Assembly: GCA_965113315.1 (NCBI GenBank)
Contig: OZ220369.1
Direction: 5' to 3' (one strand)
From: Podarcis vaucheri
Lineage: Eukaryota
DNA length: 64,000 nucleotides
Shown: positions 1 to 14,054 of the stretch, in pieces
Position numbering within the stretch: position 1 is the stretch's first letter
Layout of the letters: every line of letters starts with the position of its first letter
Translations under genes and position numbers: made by a program
The notes under the pieces: model-generated
The model's database searches: none
What the model was told of the DNA's origin: nothing
Seen by the model: only the letters and a program-made list of their open reading frames with translations

Positions 1-412
1 AACCTACCTAATTTGAACTCATTCAAACAATATGAGAACTGAAACACAGCCCTCCTTTGAAATTCATACTTCACTGAATTTTGCAATGCAGTTCTCTTGC
101 CAAGTTGCCTGTACAAAAATGCATTTGTTAGGATAGAATGTGCATATAAATTTGCCTATTAGTGGCCATAGCATACAAAATGCATCATTTCAGAGACAAT
201 TGCTTTGCAACAATGGGTGCAACAGAGGAGATTGCATTTTAAAATGTATATATTCAGAGAAAGTTCTCCTGACAGATTCGGGAGAAGTTTGTTTTAAAAA
301 ATATAATAAAATAAAATTCTCAAAATGATGTGGAAATCTGGAGAATCAAACTGAAGACTGGGGAAAAAATGAGAAACTGAGAGAAACTGAGATTGACAGA
401 TTTGCCCATCCC
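1..412 (+). mobile_element. Non-autonomous DNA-transposon-like interspersed repeat (family A), 5' part cut by window edge
   Basis: Same sequence recurs at about 9960-10275 (-), 11179-11621 (+), 23500-23888 (+), 31075-31400 and 54180-54460 (-). Ends are AGGGATGGG...CCCATCCCT, an inverted terminal motif. Confidence 0.7.
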
Positions 413-644
413 TGGAGGACCTTCACCACCAGCTAGGGCTACTGGGAGGCTGCAACCCAGCATGAAAGAACATAAAATATTACATCAAAGCAAAGCAATT
501 TGAAATGCAAGCTTCTTATAAAACTTGTTGATGCGGGGACAGTGACCCTATTTTCCTCGTGGGTGATCTTTCTGCTGCATGTCAGCACAGGGTGGGACAG
601 AAGCCAGTGGGGATCAGGGCCAGAGTCAAAAGTGAGCAGGTCAC

Positions 645-724
<80 letters not shown>
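645..724. repeat. Compound microsatellite (TTTC)n(TC)n
   Basis: Directly visible; explains the low-complexity ORFs at 439-841. Confidence 0.97.
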
Positions 725-729
<5 letters not shown>

Positions 730-3597
730 CTTTTCGCCACCCATTTCCCTCATTGCTACCCACATGGAATTAGGCCAAGGGTTACAGGTTACCCAGCCCT
801 TTTGTAAAGGACCTGTAAGGTTAAGTTCTTCCACATTTTAAAACTAGTGAAGCAAGGGAAAGCTTTCTCAGAGCAGCCAACATGACTCCCAGCTCTTCTT
901 ACAACAAGGAATGATATAAGGAAAAGGGGTCTGCCAAGTTTGGTTTCACCAAGCGCTAATGTACTGACAGCCTCCATTCCTGCTTGTTCTGTTAGATTAT
1001 TTTGGGAGACAGAAGAGAGAACATCAATGGAACTTCCATACACACACACAAATTGAAAGAAATAACTCCCAACACACACTTACGCTTTGTATGAGACACT
1101 TCCTTTCAAACAATCTTAATGTATGACTTGGGTTCAATTCAAGTAATGGATCCAGTTTCCAGCTTATTCTTGTCTTTGTGGTCAAAACAAGGATTTTGCA
1201 CATCATTTAGCATGTAACCTGTTACTATGATAACATGCTAAAGCCCGTATTTGTGGGGAGTGGGATTCAACTTTCAAGCCAACGAGGCAAGACTTGTACT
1301 GCTTCTCTTTCTCCTACCACTGTCATTTATTTTTTGCTTTGCAGAAGGTATTCAGGACTTGGTCAGTTCCTTCAAAACACTGGGCTACATGTTAAATTGA
1401 GACAGTGGCCAACATCAGAATCTGTTGCTGCAGCAAGAAATCATCTCTGGAAGATAAGGGAGAATTAAGCCAGGTTACAGAGCACGTTAAGCATTGATCA
1501 GGAGGTGAATGAATGGTTCCTATGCAAAGGGCAGAATTATACCAATATTATGGGCAGGATAAGTGTTTGGGATTAAAAATGTTAATTGTGCGATCTTTTG
1601 GTGTAAACGGGTAATAAACTTGGGAAGCTAATATCATTGTGTTGTTCCTTGGCTCTTTATCAATGTGAAATGTGTCCTACCACAAAACTATTGATTTTCC
1701 ACAAAGTGGTTAGAAATTAAGCCTAATGGGAAGCCAAACCCAGAGGTTCGGAAGGACTTGTGAGGACTCCTGGCTCACTTGAGACAGCTGCCTTCAGCTC
1801 ACTTTTGACGCCTGTATGGTCAGATCACTGGAGAAATGGAAGAACATGTCAAACTCAATATGTGCAACCGAACTCCCACAAGCACAAAGGGTGATTATAG
1901 CATAATCCCTTTTTACCTTAAAACAACAAAACAAAACAAAACAAAACATACTGGCCAGGCTTCCATCCAAAGCACACAGAAGTAAGATGAGATATTTATT
2001 CAGGCAAGAATTGGTTGTCAGGAGTTGTGGCCTATGAGTTCAGGAGCATGACAGGAAGTTCAGAACTTGGCAGAAGTGATGAAGCTATTCCAACAAGTTA
2101 CCCCACCCCTCCTGCCAAGCTCTGAAAAATGAGGTGTGGCACATTCGCTCTCAAGACTTCTTAACCATACAAGCACATGGGCAGATCCACTCCCATCTGA
2201 GAAGGCAGGACTTGGTTCTAGATGGCAAAATTGCTACCTCTTGTTTAGACTCCGGTCACTGCCACTCCCTGTTCAGCTTCCCCCAACAGCTGCTCAAAGT
2301 CCCCACCAACCCCCACAGTGTTTCTCTGCTCCACAGAAAGGTGGGAGAGGAGAGCCAGCATCTCTGTTCTGTTTTCCAAAGCACCTGACGTCAAAGCAGA
2401 AAAGGGAGGTCCTCACTTCTTCAAACCATGACCCCACAATTCAACCCCCTGTTTCTTGCTCTTCCTCCTCCTCCTCCATCTGAGCCTGCCAATCCAAGCC
2501 TGATTCCGACAGTGCTGTGGGGCTCGTGACACACACGACGTCTCCTGCAAGTGTATATTTCAGCATAATGGGACGGGGGGGGGGAGAGATCCAGAGGTTA
2601 CAGCTGATTAGCTGGAGCGTGAGCCCTGTTTTGACAGTTTAACTTGATCAGCTGCTAAAAGTTCACCCTGATCTCATTCTAATTTATGTTATGTGTAGTA
2701 TAGACCTTCTCGCTTGAACACTTACATTATTCTAAACAATTATATTGCTATGATACATATAATGCTTGGCTCTTGAACATCAAGTCCGTTAATGATGGCA
2801 GACTGTAAAAGTGGTGTGTTTCCTTTTCCAAAGGTCAGGCATCATTTCTTCAGTAGATTAACATTTTATCTTTTAATGGTGTTAGGAAAAGGTCAGAAGA
2901 TTCTAATAGATGGAATATGGAAAGCGCCCGCTGAAGATCAATGTGGTAAGCAGCATCTTTCTCAAGTCCCGAAACACAGCCATTTATTTCTCTTTCTCTT
3001 TTTTACATTTTACAGGTTCCTTTCTTTTCTGACAGGTTTGAATGCTCCCTTTCTTTTCCTTTTTTTACAGTTTTGCATGCCAACCTGTATCCCTTCATAT
3101 TTATGAATCTCTTTTGAGCTTCTCCTTTTCTAGAATATTTCTTTATAATACAAAACAAAACACAAAAATTCCTTCAAGCAATTAGCGTGCCCTCAGGCAA
3201 CTGGCATTTTTTATATAAATTTTTGCCTTCCAAATGAATGCAACGGGTTGATCCCCGATGACTTGAAGGGAGTTAATTTTATATTAGTTTAACTGAATAT
3301 GTTTGCAATAATTATATGGCAAGTGATATTTAAATCAGCTCTCTCTTTCTCTCTCTCTTCTTAAGTAATATGCAATTTAGGGCTGCTGGAGCAAAATTTC
3401 AAAGCTGCAGACAATTTTGAGTTGGAAGTATCTGCTGTACAGAATACTATAAACCTACAGCATTCCAGTACAATAGATATCCAATGCATCATATTTCAGA
3501 TATGAATCCCTGTAGAATGAACTTGAATCTTTGGGGAAGAGTTGGATCAGGCTCTGATTGTGTTCTGTTAACACAGGGCACTGCCATAAACTTAGTA

Positions 3598-3823
3598 CAG
3601 TGGTACCTCAGGTTAAGTACTTAATTCGTTCCCGAGATCGGTACTTAACCTGAAACTGTTCTTAACCTGAAGCACCACTTTAGCTAATGGGACCTCCTGC
3701 TGCTGCCGCGCCACTGAAGCCCAATTTCTGTTCTCATCCTGAAGCAAAGTTCTTAACCTGAAGCACTATTTCTGTGTTAGCGGAGTCTTTAACCTGAAGC
3801 GTATGTAACCTGAGGTACCACTG
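3598..3823. mobile_element. Tc1/mariner (Tigger/pogo-like) MITE
   Basis: TIR CAGTGGTACCTCAGGTTA / TAACCTGAGGTACCACTG, flanked by TA on both sides; internal TTAACCTGAA repeats. Confidence 0.92.
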
Positions 3824-4599
3824 TATATAATTAGTATATAATTTGATTGGTGTTAACTTTCAGGGTCCTGAGAAGGTTCCCAGAGACCTTTCTGACACTT
3901 TCTGGTGACTGAACCTTGGAAGCTTCTGCTAAGAAAGCATTCTGCTAAGAAAGCATTAGCTGAGCTAATTCATAATTCTAGATAATTCTAATTGTGCATA
4001 ATGCACCCAACTTTGCATATCTGGATTCAGTAAACTCTGATGTGCCTCAGTGCCGAAAGGATGGCCCATGAATAACGTCGTTTGTAATATACATGTCTTT
4101 TTCATCTTTCTTGTAGCCTGTTGGTATGATAATTACAGCTATGATAGCACAGCTATTTCTCTTCCCTTGGAAGAGATATAAATTCTATAAGTGGTGGAGC
4201 ATCTGTTTTGCATCTAGAAGGCTCCAGGTTCAGTCTTTGGTATCCAGAGGAAGGGCTGGGAATCAGTATACCCTGTCTGAAGCCCAGGAGAATGGCTGCC
4301 CACTATGCAGCGGCGACCACCAGTTGCTTCTGACAGCTTGTAAAGACATATCCTTATCTTTATCCAGATCCATAAGATTGGACCCTGTTTTATGTATGGA
4401 ATCCCCTCAATTCCCCTCGTATTCATTTCTATACATTTGTTTGCACTGCTGTTTTATTGGTTTTAGACTGTATTTTTGCTGTAATGGTAGTGCTTGTTTT
4501 TATATTGCAGAAACATGGAAGGCGTTTAAAAATATTAAGTGGTTTATAAATGCGTTTAAATAAACAAAAATCAGTACTCCTAGTGAATGCAATTCACAC

Positions 4600-5400
4600 T
4601 TTTTTAATAATAAAAAAATTGAAACCCGCATGTTAGATGCAAAGGCACATTTAATTTCATGTCACATCTTGCTGACAAATTTTGAATGGGGCAAAAAATA
4701 GAAGCGGATGCTTTTCCAGGCCCTGGAAAAGAGGACGAGTGATGAAAAATTGGGACCATTATGATGTACATGCTCACTCTGCTCCTCGTGCTGTTACTTC
4801 CCCAAAATGCAAGCATTGTCTTTGTTTCCCCTCCAGAAAGAGCCTGCCTTTAAAATAAAAAATCCAATGGAGCAAAGCCCTAAGATATCTGCCACATCAG
4901 AGGCCCTCGGGTAACTCTGCTACATTAGACTTGGCTATGACGCCGTAGTGCACTTAGACTAACGATTAATCTGACCCTCAAATCGCCTGGAGTTTGGTCC
5001 TCTTCTGCCTGTTCGATTTCAGCAGCTCTGCTTCCACGACACAACAGCTGTTCTTCATATTAAACAAGATAAACCTACGGGGAAGTCCATTAAAGATATA
5101 AGTGGCTTCCCCTGCTGTATTTGACGAGACACTTCAAAGAACGAGGCGAACATGATGTAGCTCGGAGAGCGAATGCAAAACAGAACGGAGGTGAGGGCAG
5201 GCTGACTTTTTAAAAAAGAAACATTAGCCACGTTCGATAAATAAGATATGAGTCAGATGTTTCCTTGTCCCCACCCTGCACCGTATGTACACATTAATAC
5301 TCCAGTGACATATATTTGAGAGGGTAATCTGATATCATGTAAGTTGTGCAATGCTCATTTGACAATGAGAAACAAAACAACCAGCAAAACTGACATTCAG
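4600..5400. promoter_or_regulatory. Putative conserved non-coding element / enhancer
   Basis: Unique, repeat-free sequence with many retained CpGs and no ORF. Conservation is inferred, not shown. Confidence 0.4.
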
Positions 5401-5838
5401 TTGAAGTATTTGAGATTGCAATTTCCTAACCTTATTTTATTCTACCACCACCACCACCTCTCACACAAGGATGCTTCAGGAATTTAGCATCTGCCAGTTC
5501 CTATACGAAACAGATCTGATCCGAATCTTCCAGACTAACAAACAGAACTGCTACTCTCTGGCCTTTGCAGATCCCAACTGCTGGGGGACGGTTTTGGGCT
5601 GACATAACAAATCCAAATAATTTGAACTACCCATTGACAGAATGGGTAGTTTTGGACACTGTGCATTGTGGGGGGAAATGCTGTTTGGAAAGAAAAGACT
5701 TTTTAAATACACATTTAAATTCAATTTTTTGTTCAAGGGTGGTTTCTGCGTGAGAGAGAGAAAAATCACAGAATGTGGAAATGGGATAGAACAGACACAT
5801 GTGAAAGTGCTATGCTTTGGAAAGAGACTTATGCTGAA

Positions 5839-5840
<2 letters not shown>

Positions 5841-5911
<71 letters not shown>
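5841..5911. repeat. Compound microsatellite (TC)n(AC)n
   Basis: Directly visible. Confidence 0.97.
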
Positions 5912-5912
<1 letters not shown>

Positions 5913-8276
5913 GTACGTCTCTGATCCTCGAGATCTGCTTCTTTTCTACCCTGCAGGGGACAGTGTTGGGTAAAGAACAGTGTAGAAAATCATGTGATAA
6001 AAACACAGAAACATTTGCTTTCAATTATCAAAATTGTACTTTGCTAATTGAGGTACAAAAGAAAGGTCTGATTTTTGAGCGTCAGGGCAAAGTTTTGCCT
6101 TCCTTCTGCTGGAGATCGTCGGTATGAAAAACAGGTTGGGGATCTCTCTCATTCATACTCGCCTTGACAGGAAAAGGCTTTTCAGAGAGCTTCTCACTGC
6201 TGGCCTCTGTGACAAGGAAAGGGATGCTGGATAACATCTTAGTATCCCAGTGACAACTGTATAACGGAGCTAAACTGTTCTCGGCAAAAAAAGAAAAGTG
6301 GGAAGCTGTCCCTACAGTCAGCATCTGTTTCCACCTTGGAAAGAAAATGTCAAAGACTTCCCTACTCTGGTCATTCCCAGAGGCTGAGAACCTTGAAGGG
6401 TGGAGTAAATATTTTCTTTTTGGCTAGGAAATTGTAAATATGCCTCCCAAATGCTTGTAGGCTCTTTATTAGATGTGGAACTGGTCCTCCCAAGCACCAG
6501 AGCAAAGGGACCTACTGCAGGTGCAACCATAGACCCATCTGCACTCTGCATTTAAAACAGCAGTGTTCCACTTTGAACTGCCATGGCTGCCCCTGCAAGA
6601 ATCCTGGGATATATAGTTTCTTATGAATGTTGACTGCCGTTATGGTTCCCAGAGTGCCTGGGAAGAGGGATTAATGGTTAAACTGCACTGGGAATTGTGG
6701 TCTTGTGATTGGAATAGAGGTCTCCTAGTAACTCTCAGCACCCTTAACAAACCGCAGTTCCCAGGATTATTTGGAGGAAGCCCATGATGGTTTAAAAAGT
6801 GGTATGATACCACTTTAAGTGCAGAGTGGGGCCTACAAAATGACGGCATGATTTGCTATCTCTAAAATGAAGCAAGATTTTTTTCTAAGGTGTTTGGTCT
6901 TCACCAGGTCCTATACGCCTCAGAAATTTGGGGAGTTAAAGTCCATTTTTAAAACCATGTCTGCACACACCCCATGCACTTAAAGCACATTTAAAGCACT
7001 TGGCTTCTTGAGAACAGTAGTTTACTGTTCACAGAGCTACAAGTCCCAGCACCCTTAACAAGCTGTAGTTCCCAGGATTCTTTGGGGGAGGACATGTGCT
7101 TTAAATGTCTGGTGAGTAAGCAACATATCCCTTTTCCAGCTAGCTAATCGCCCTTAGGCTGACATGAAGCCCCCTTCTTCCCAGAAACCCTTATTATGAC
7201 AATCTGTAGTTCTGTGTGTATATATGTGTGTGTCACATCCTTGCAACTCTTAGAGTTCACCTATGTTTTATTTAAGCTGCAATCCTATACACACACTTTC
7301 CAATGAGTAAGGCCATTTGGAATCAATGGGGCCTCCTTCTGAGTAGCCGTATATAGTATTGCTCTGCGAATGTACATTGAGCTTTCACAGTGGGGCATTA
7401 CTTATGCTCCTGGTTTGCAAAGCCCTGCCCCTCTTATCAGCACAGTGTATGGTGAGTGACATCAAGGGAGGAAGGGTTCCAGGACCCCAGTGAAACTGTC
7501 AAGTTCCTTTGCTATTTTCACTATTGCCAGGAGGAGTACTGCTGTCAATGCAATCTTCTTATATTTATAGTGCTTTTGTATTTGTTGTTATTTTTGCTAC
7601 TTCTTGTTTTATTGCATTTTGATGAAATTGTTTTTACAATGGCTCATTTGGATATGTATTCCTCTTTTCTTTCTTATAAGCTGCTTAGAGCACGATTCTT
7701 CCTGTGGAAAGGTGCACACAAATGCAATGACGATAGGATTGAGTTAGCTGGCACAAGTTGTTATTACAATTAGGAACATCGTCACCATTCAAATTTGCAA
7801 CCTGCCCTTCCTCCCCAAAGGGAGCCCAGGGCTGCTCAGGATAACAATATTATATTTTAAAGCCCCGACCTCACAATTTGAAACAGCACTGTCACATATG
7901 GTAGGCAGCACTTAAAACCAGCAGTGTAGAATCTTCACCAAGCTATCAGCCAAAAAGCTGGGTAAATACCACCATGCCTGAGGGCAACAGCCATGCTGAT
8001 GGGACAAAGTCCTAGAGCCACCCCCTTGACACTAGCATTGCTTCACCTTACCCAAATGGGGCTGGAGTACAGGTGGTGAAAGCATGTACTGTACAGATGC
8101 ACTAGAGGAGCCAGTCTGGTCATCCCAGCCACTACTGAATGGCAGGCTTGCTTGGGAAGGCACAGAGAAGGCCACGTATCCTGACCACCTTTGTCCTCCA
8201 ACAGGGAGGATACCCAGAGGGCTCAGAAGGAATGACTGGTGGGTCATCATCAGCAAGCACCCACACACACCAGCAT

Positions 8277-8621
8277 CAGTGGCAGAGGAACCCTCTCTGG
8301 CACCCAGGGCGGGATGCTGAGGGGCGGAGCGAACCCCCAGTAGTGCATGCATGATGTCCATATGTGTGCAGCATCCCGTATAGACTGAACAAGAGTGGCA
8401 GCCTGTATGGTCGCCATGTGAGAGGCAGCGCGTACGGACACCCGTATGGATGGCACGCAAGAGCAGCAACCCATATGGACGCCGCATGAGCGGTGCCCAT
8501 ACTGACTGAGCACATCCTCGGCCACTATACAGCTGGGCAGAGGCAGGGGCCATCTTGTACCCCCCCCAGAGTGGCACCAGGGGCAGACCACCCCCTCTGT
8601 CCCCCACTTCGTACGCCCCTG
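8277..8621. mobile_element. hAT-type MITE
   Basis: CAGTGGCAGA...TACGCCCCTG termini; 8-bp TSD ACCAGCAT / GCCAGCAT (7/8); GC-rich interior. Confidence 0.75.
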
Positions 8622-8683
8622 GCCAGCATCCATCACCAGAGGCAACTGCTGCACACTCCTTTGCTTGAGTGTAACATTCCGAT

Positions 8684-8726
<43 letters not shown>

Positions 8727-9959
8727 GTTCACTATGCTAAGTCAGAAGTAAGCCAAGATGGGACCAAAAAAATGCTCAAAGGGGAGACTACAGTGAGTTA
8801 AGTGGTCATGGGGAAGGCTTTGGCTCCCATTATCCTTTCGCACTAAAGCTGGAGCCCTGTCCCCTTCTTTCTGCCTGATGGGGACAGAAAAACTGACATG
8901 CTGCCATCACATGTTGTTTGTGCTTACCGGTAAGTGTTATAGGACAAGCTGTGGTGGATCAGCAGAGAGGAAGGCACAGGAAAAGAAAGATCTGTTTTTG
9001 GCATTGTTCGTGGCTCGGTCATGACGACCAATGGTATGCATGCATGGACAAGGTGCTGGCATATTTTCTCAAATAGAAGTACATGTAAGCCCACGTCCAA
9101 ACCTTATTTTCTTTTCAGATACAGGCATTTCATGCAGCCAAAAAGAAAAAAAAATGTCATATTTGTTTTCCTTCTACCTCCATTGAGTGAGTCTACCATG
9201 GAAAAGCAAAGTTGCCGGGGAGGTTTTGAAAAAAGAAAGCGGTGGGGGGGTATATATGGTAGCGTTGTTTATTTTGGACAGATGCGAAGAAGTATCTCTG
9301 AACTTCTGCCAGTGATCAAAGGAGCTGATGATGTAGAACAGATTCATGGGCCATGTCCTATCAGGCTGCACTCTACCCACCATCCATCATCCAAACCCTA
9401 AGCCTCTTTGTGAGTGATGACTGCACCCTAAACTCATAAAATTAATCACCGCTCTAGCTTAGCCAGGTGTCTTGCCTCCAGAAATTATCTCAGTGTGGCA
9501 AAAGAGTTTGCTGGAATCGGATAGCAGCCTTGGAATTTAATTGAAAGGATACCGTCTAGCAGTGTAACCATCATTTACATATCTGGGAAAGTGGGGGGAG
9601 TTGTTGCTCTTTTCTAACCCTGCCCCCACCCATCCAAATTACATTCTTGGAGAAACAGGTAATTAGAAAATGATGACTTGATCATTCGGAGGCAGAAAAA
9701 ACGGATAGTGGTTGCAATACAGGCAGGGAAGGAGTGAAGGCTGGGGCGTTTTTCATTGGAGATGTCTCTGTCTTGTGTTGTTCTTTTTAGCCCTGTTAAA
9801 AAAAGGTGTCAGTTGGCATAGTGCAGGGAGAGAGTGGAAGCAGTCAAAATAAAATGCCATTTATGAGAGAGTAAAATGATTTTGATTTCTGCTTTTTCTA
9901 GTCTTAGGTTCAATTCTTCACATTTCCACATCAATTTGTCCCCCCACAAAAATAAGGCT

Positions 9960-10275
9960 TTCTGAGAATTCTTCAGCAGTTTAGTGCAAACATTTCCTAA
10001 TATACAGTGTTTTCTATGCAATTTTACTCTGCACAGGTTTTTTTTTTTGCCATTTTCCCCAATGCATTTTTGTATGTTATTTTCACTAATATGTGGATTT
10101 TATGCACACTTTATCATTTTTTGCATATTCCCTGGATGAAGAACAGCACTGCAAAATTCAGAGAAGTGCAGATTTCAAAGGATTGCTGTGTTTCAGTGTG
10201 CATATTGTTTAAGAAAGTGCAAAGTAGGGTGGTTCTCATTTAAATGCAAACTGAAACAAATTTCTTCCCCATCCC
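9960..10275 (-). mobile_element. Family A repeat copy
   Basis: Reverse-complement match to 1-412 and 11179-11621. Confidence 0.7.
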
Positions 10276-11178
10276 TGTTGCCAAGCATGCTTTTCTGAAA
10301 CCCTGTTGCTTTCTTTTTTAAAGGTGATATGGGTCCCCACCCCACCTCTCTCCTGATGCTCTCACTGATGCTGAGTAGAGGGAAATGTAAAAGACTCTCT
10401 CTGCATCTACAGTTTCAAAATTAGAATAGGGATATATATGACTTGGCTGCAAGATTGGCCCAAACAACCATTGCATCTGATGAAATATATAACACAATGT
10501 CAGCACACATCCAACACACTTTTGACCTTGTTGCTCTGCATGCACTTAGCCACCATTCTCTGCATTTCTGAATTTTACCTGTATGGAAGACATAGGCACC
10601 AATGCAATGGTGCTTTTTCCAAATTGCACAGGGGGGAAATATGTCATTTTCCCTGTGCAGGTTGGGAAAATGAGACACTGATTTTACCTTTTCACTATGA
10701 GGCCTAGCACAGTGAGCTATCTGGTCAGCACTTGCCATTGCGCCATGCTGTTTATAAATCTCAGTATTCATTGGCTTCTAATCAGGCACTTCAGTCTTCA
10801 ATAACAATACTGGAAGAAGGCAAAAACAATGCCCACAAAGTATTCAAAATGTTAGAATTCTTTGTTGCTATGGAGGACGTGAAAGCAAATTTGGATCCAT
10901 GGAAAAGGAGCTATTAATTAAAAATGGATTTACATAGTTATATCAAAGAACTGAGCATGAAGGTATTTGTGTGGCATCAGTAGTCTTAATTTCTGACAAA
11001 TAAGCTGTGTTACCCTGCTTTCAACTGTGTTATTTTATCAGCGAGGCTAATACACTCTTGCTTATGTTTATAATTTAACACCGGCAAATACTGAAGGCAG
11101 CTTGATAACAGCGAAGGTAACATTATTGCAGCATCTTAGATGATACTATACCAAATGCACGCAATCCAATGTTTCAGC

Positions 11179-11621
11179 TAGGGATGGGAGCTAAATTTGA
11201 TTCAGTTCATATTTAAGGACAAGCCAACCTAATTCACACTTTCTGAAACAATACAAGAACTGAAACGCAGTCACCCTTTGAAATTCACACTTCTCTGGAT
11301 TTGCAGTGCAGTTCTCCAACCAAATAATGTAAACAAAAAAATGCATATACTAGGCTAAAATGTGCATAAAATGCACCTATTAGTGAGAAAACATACAACA
11401 ATGCATTGTCTTAAAAGAAATTGCTTGGCAGAAATATGCATATTAGTGAAAAGTGAATACAAACATGAATATTAAGAGAAATTCACACTAAAATGTTGAT
11501 GAAATTTCAGGAGAACATTTTTAATTTTTTTAAAAATCTCCAAGTGATGTGGAAAACTGAAGTTAAGACTTGCAAAAAAGTGAAATTGAGAGAAACTGAA
11601 ATCAATAGATTTGCTCATCCA
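11179..11621 (+). mobile_element. Family A repeat, near full length
   Basis: Starts TAGGGATGGGAG and ends GATTTGCTCATCCA; colinear with 1-412. Confidence 0.72.
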
Positions 11622-13199
11622 TCACTCCAGTTGACCCTATTTACTATTGATTACCCCTATTTTCTAATTCCTAGAAAATCACCAACTGTATTTGTTTCCA
11701 CTACTTGTGGCACCCACAATAAAATGGTGCAGAGTGAAATGCTCTGGTTTATCATTCCAGCCTACCTGCCAGCCATGACCTAACCTAGGATACACCATTC
11801 CATTCCCTCTCTCTGTTTTCTGCCTCAATCCTCACTGCATTTTTCTTCTAAATATTTTGTATTTTCAGAAACCTTGGGGTTTTTCCAGAGCCTGTCCATA
11901 CTCCGCTTTTGTGCAGGGAAGAAGGATGCAGTTCACACCTGAACATTGGATACAGGGAGTATGATTTTATTGTCTTTGAACAATACCTTGCTACGGCATT
12001 GTTAGGGTGAGTTGTCAGAATGGTCATGCTTCAGATTTCAGTCTAAAGAAGTTAAATCTAAGAGGCTGGTGGATGCATTTTGTTCTTCATGCAGAGGCGT
12101 TGTGTTTCATCTCAAAGAAGGCACCACACAGTGTCATTTCACACACTGGTGAGGTTTATTTTGAACTGTGAATGATAATAGAGTAGTAGGGCAATCACAC
12201 TTTTTACAGTGTATATTTGACTGAAAAACAAACAAATACCTTTTTAGTTTTCAGGCAACTGCAGGGTACGTAATACAGCAGCTGGGCTAGTACTAGTACA
12301 ACAATGTCTAATGGGAAGAAGGAGTGAACAAGAGCATTTCCATCCTATTCTCATTTTTAAAATGGCTATTTCATCTGCCCACTGATAGCAAAGAAATCTC
12401 TCATCGACAGGGATGTACAAAACTGCCTTATACCAAGCCAGACCATTGGTCTAGCTAGCTCAGTATTGTCCATTCTGACTGGCAGTGGCTGTCCAGAGTT
12501 CCAGGTGGGAGTCTATCTAGAGATGCTGGGGATTGAAACATGGACCTTCTGCATGCAAAGCAGCTGTTCAGCCAATGAGCTACATCCCTTCCCCAGCCAC
12601 CCACATGGACAAAGCAAGCTAGGGAAAACAAATCAGAAGTGAATCAGCTGAACAAAAATGAGCAAGTCCAAACACAGGGCTGCTTCTTGGAAAATAAATA
12701 TCAACATTAACCAAATGCAGAAAAAGAAATCATTGAAACAAAGGGTAAGCAGAAGACAGGAAGAAGAAAATGATACCTTGATCCAAAATATAATTCTGCT
12801 TCAAATTTACGGGTAATATTTGTGATTGCATACAGCCAAAGGCCTTTGCAGAGTTTCATAAGGGGGCAGTCAACTATGTTTTACTCAGAGCAGAGCAGCT
12901 GAAATTCATGACCCTAATCTTAGCCACCGTCATTCATTCCAGTGGGTCTACTCTGAATAAAACTTAATTGAATACCCCCAAAGTGTTTACCCAAAAGAGG
13001 TACATCAAAATATTTGCTAGCTAAAACCTGTCACAAAACCATATTTATCTGGAGTCATCTGGCCAGAGGCCTGTGTGTGTGAAGACTGAATTGGAAGGAG
13101 GGAGCACCTGATAAGCCTTTTTCTGAGTTTGTCTTGCTCCTCTCACTCTGTTTCGAATTTAGGGGGGGGGGGGCTACTTGCTGGAATTGTTTGCCCTGC

Positions 13200-13520
13200 A
13201 ATATCAAGCTGGTTCCCTTTTGGCTTGCCTTCAAATGCCAAATCCTCTTTTAAAGCCATCTAGGTTGGTAGCCATTGCTGCCTCCTTAGGAGTGAATTTC
13301 ATAGTTTATCTGCCTGAATCTTCCAACATTCAGCTTCATGGAATGTCCACCAGTTCTAGTGTTATGAGAGAGAGAGAAACTTTACTCTATTCACTTTCTC
13401 CATGCCTTGCATAATTTCATAAACTTCTGTCATGACATCACTTACTTTTTCTTTAAACTAAAAAGATCCAAAGGCTGCAACCTTTATTCGCTCCATCCTC
13501 TTGATCATTATTGGTCATTT
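13200..13520 (-). mobile_element. Degenerate CR1 LINE 3' fragment
   Basis: Resembles the reverse complement of the CR1 ORF2 C-terminal region; recognised from memory. Confidence 0.55.
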
Positions 13521-13659
13521 ATCTTTTCATGTTCCATAAACAGAGTGACATGATAGAGAAACCCCTAGAAATGAGGTTACTAGGAATGGATCACTGTGGA
13601 AAGGCTATCCCAGGAATTGCGTCCCTGGCAAACAGTTATTGCTGGGAATAGTCATTAGT

Positions 13660-14035
13660 CTATTTAGTCTGTTTAGTCATTGTGGCCACATGGGCTGCCA
13701 GTGACATTACTAGATCTAGGAATACCACAAAGTTATTCATCCTCTCCTTCAAACGGAGTACTATCCCGTCCAGGAGAGTTGCCTCCCCAATACCTGACCA
13801 TAGGAACCACCTATGAAAACAGTCTCCATCTTGTTGGGATTCAGTTTTCTTGTACTGGCCCTCATCTAGCCCATGACTGCTTCCAGACCCAAGTCCATTG
13901 CCTCCACAGGTCCACATGGTTCAGATGGAATGGTGAGTTGGAGCTGGGTTTGAGCATCAGTACAATATCTCCCCCAAATCCTTGGACGACCTTTCCAAGC
14001 AGCTTCATATAGATGTTAAAAAGCATGAGGATAGG
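13660..14035 (-). mobile_element. Degenerate L2 LINE RT fragment (left part, split by L1 insertion)
   Basis: LLDGIVLRLKERMNNFVVFLDLVMSLAAHVA aligns by eye with LNGVTVPLKDQVCSLGVILGSRLSMEAQV of the L2 copy at 63124-63801. Confidence 0.75.
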
Positions 14036-14054
14036 ATAGAACCCTGCAGAAACC

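Noticed and set aside
439-841. ORFs with ERERE/SLSLS/FFLS runs (also 5551-6127, 8250-8801, 31149-31663, 62986-63270)
   Set aside because: Translation of microsatellites.
2016-2531. TGTCAGGAG...CTCGTGACA possible solo LTR (similar at 61144-61381)
   Set aside because: No TSD found and boundaries are ambiguous; probably LTR-derived but not supportable.
10625-10659. Hairpin TGCACAGGG...CCCTGTGCA as a miRNA or structured RNA
   Set aside because: The stem is too short for a pre-miRNA; more likely a remnant of a palindromic repeat.
10688-10747. Minus-strand AG|CATGGC...|GTAAAA candidate exon starting HG
   Set aside because: The peptide HGAMASADQIAHC does not match HGYTPLH and the pyrimidine tract is poor.
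12060-12110. Minus-strand TPLHE ankyrin-like motif
   Set aside because: No further ankyrin similarity and an in-frame stop follows.
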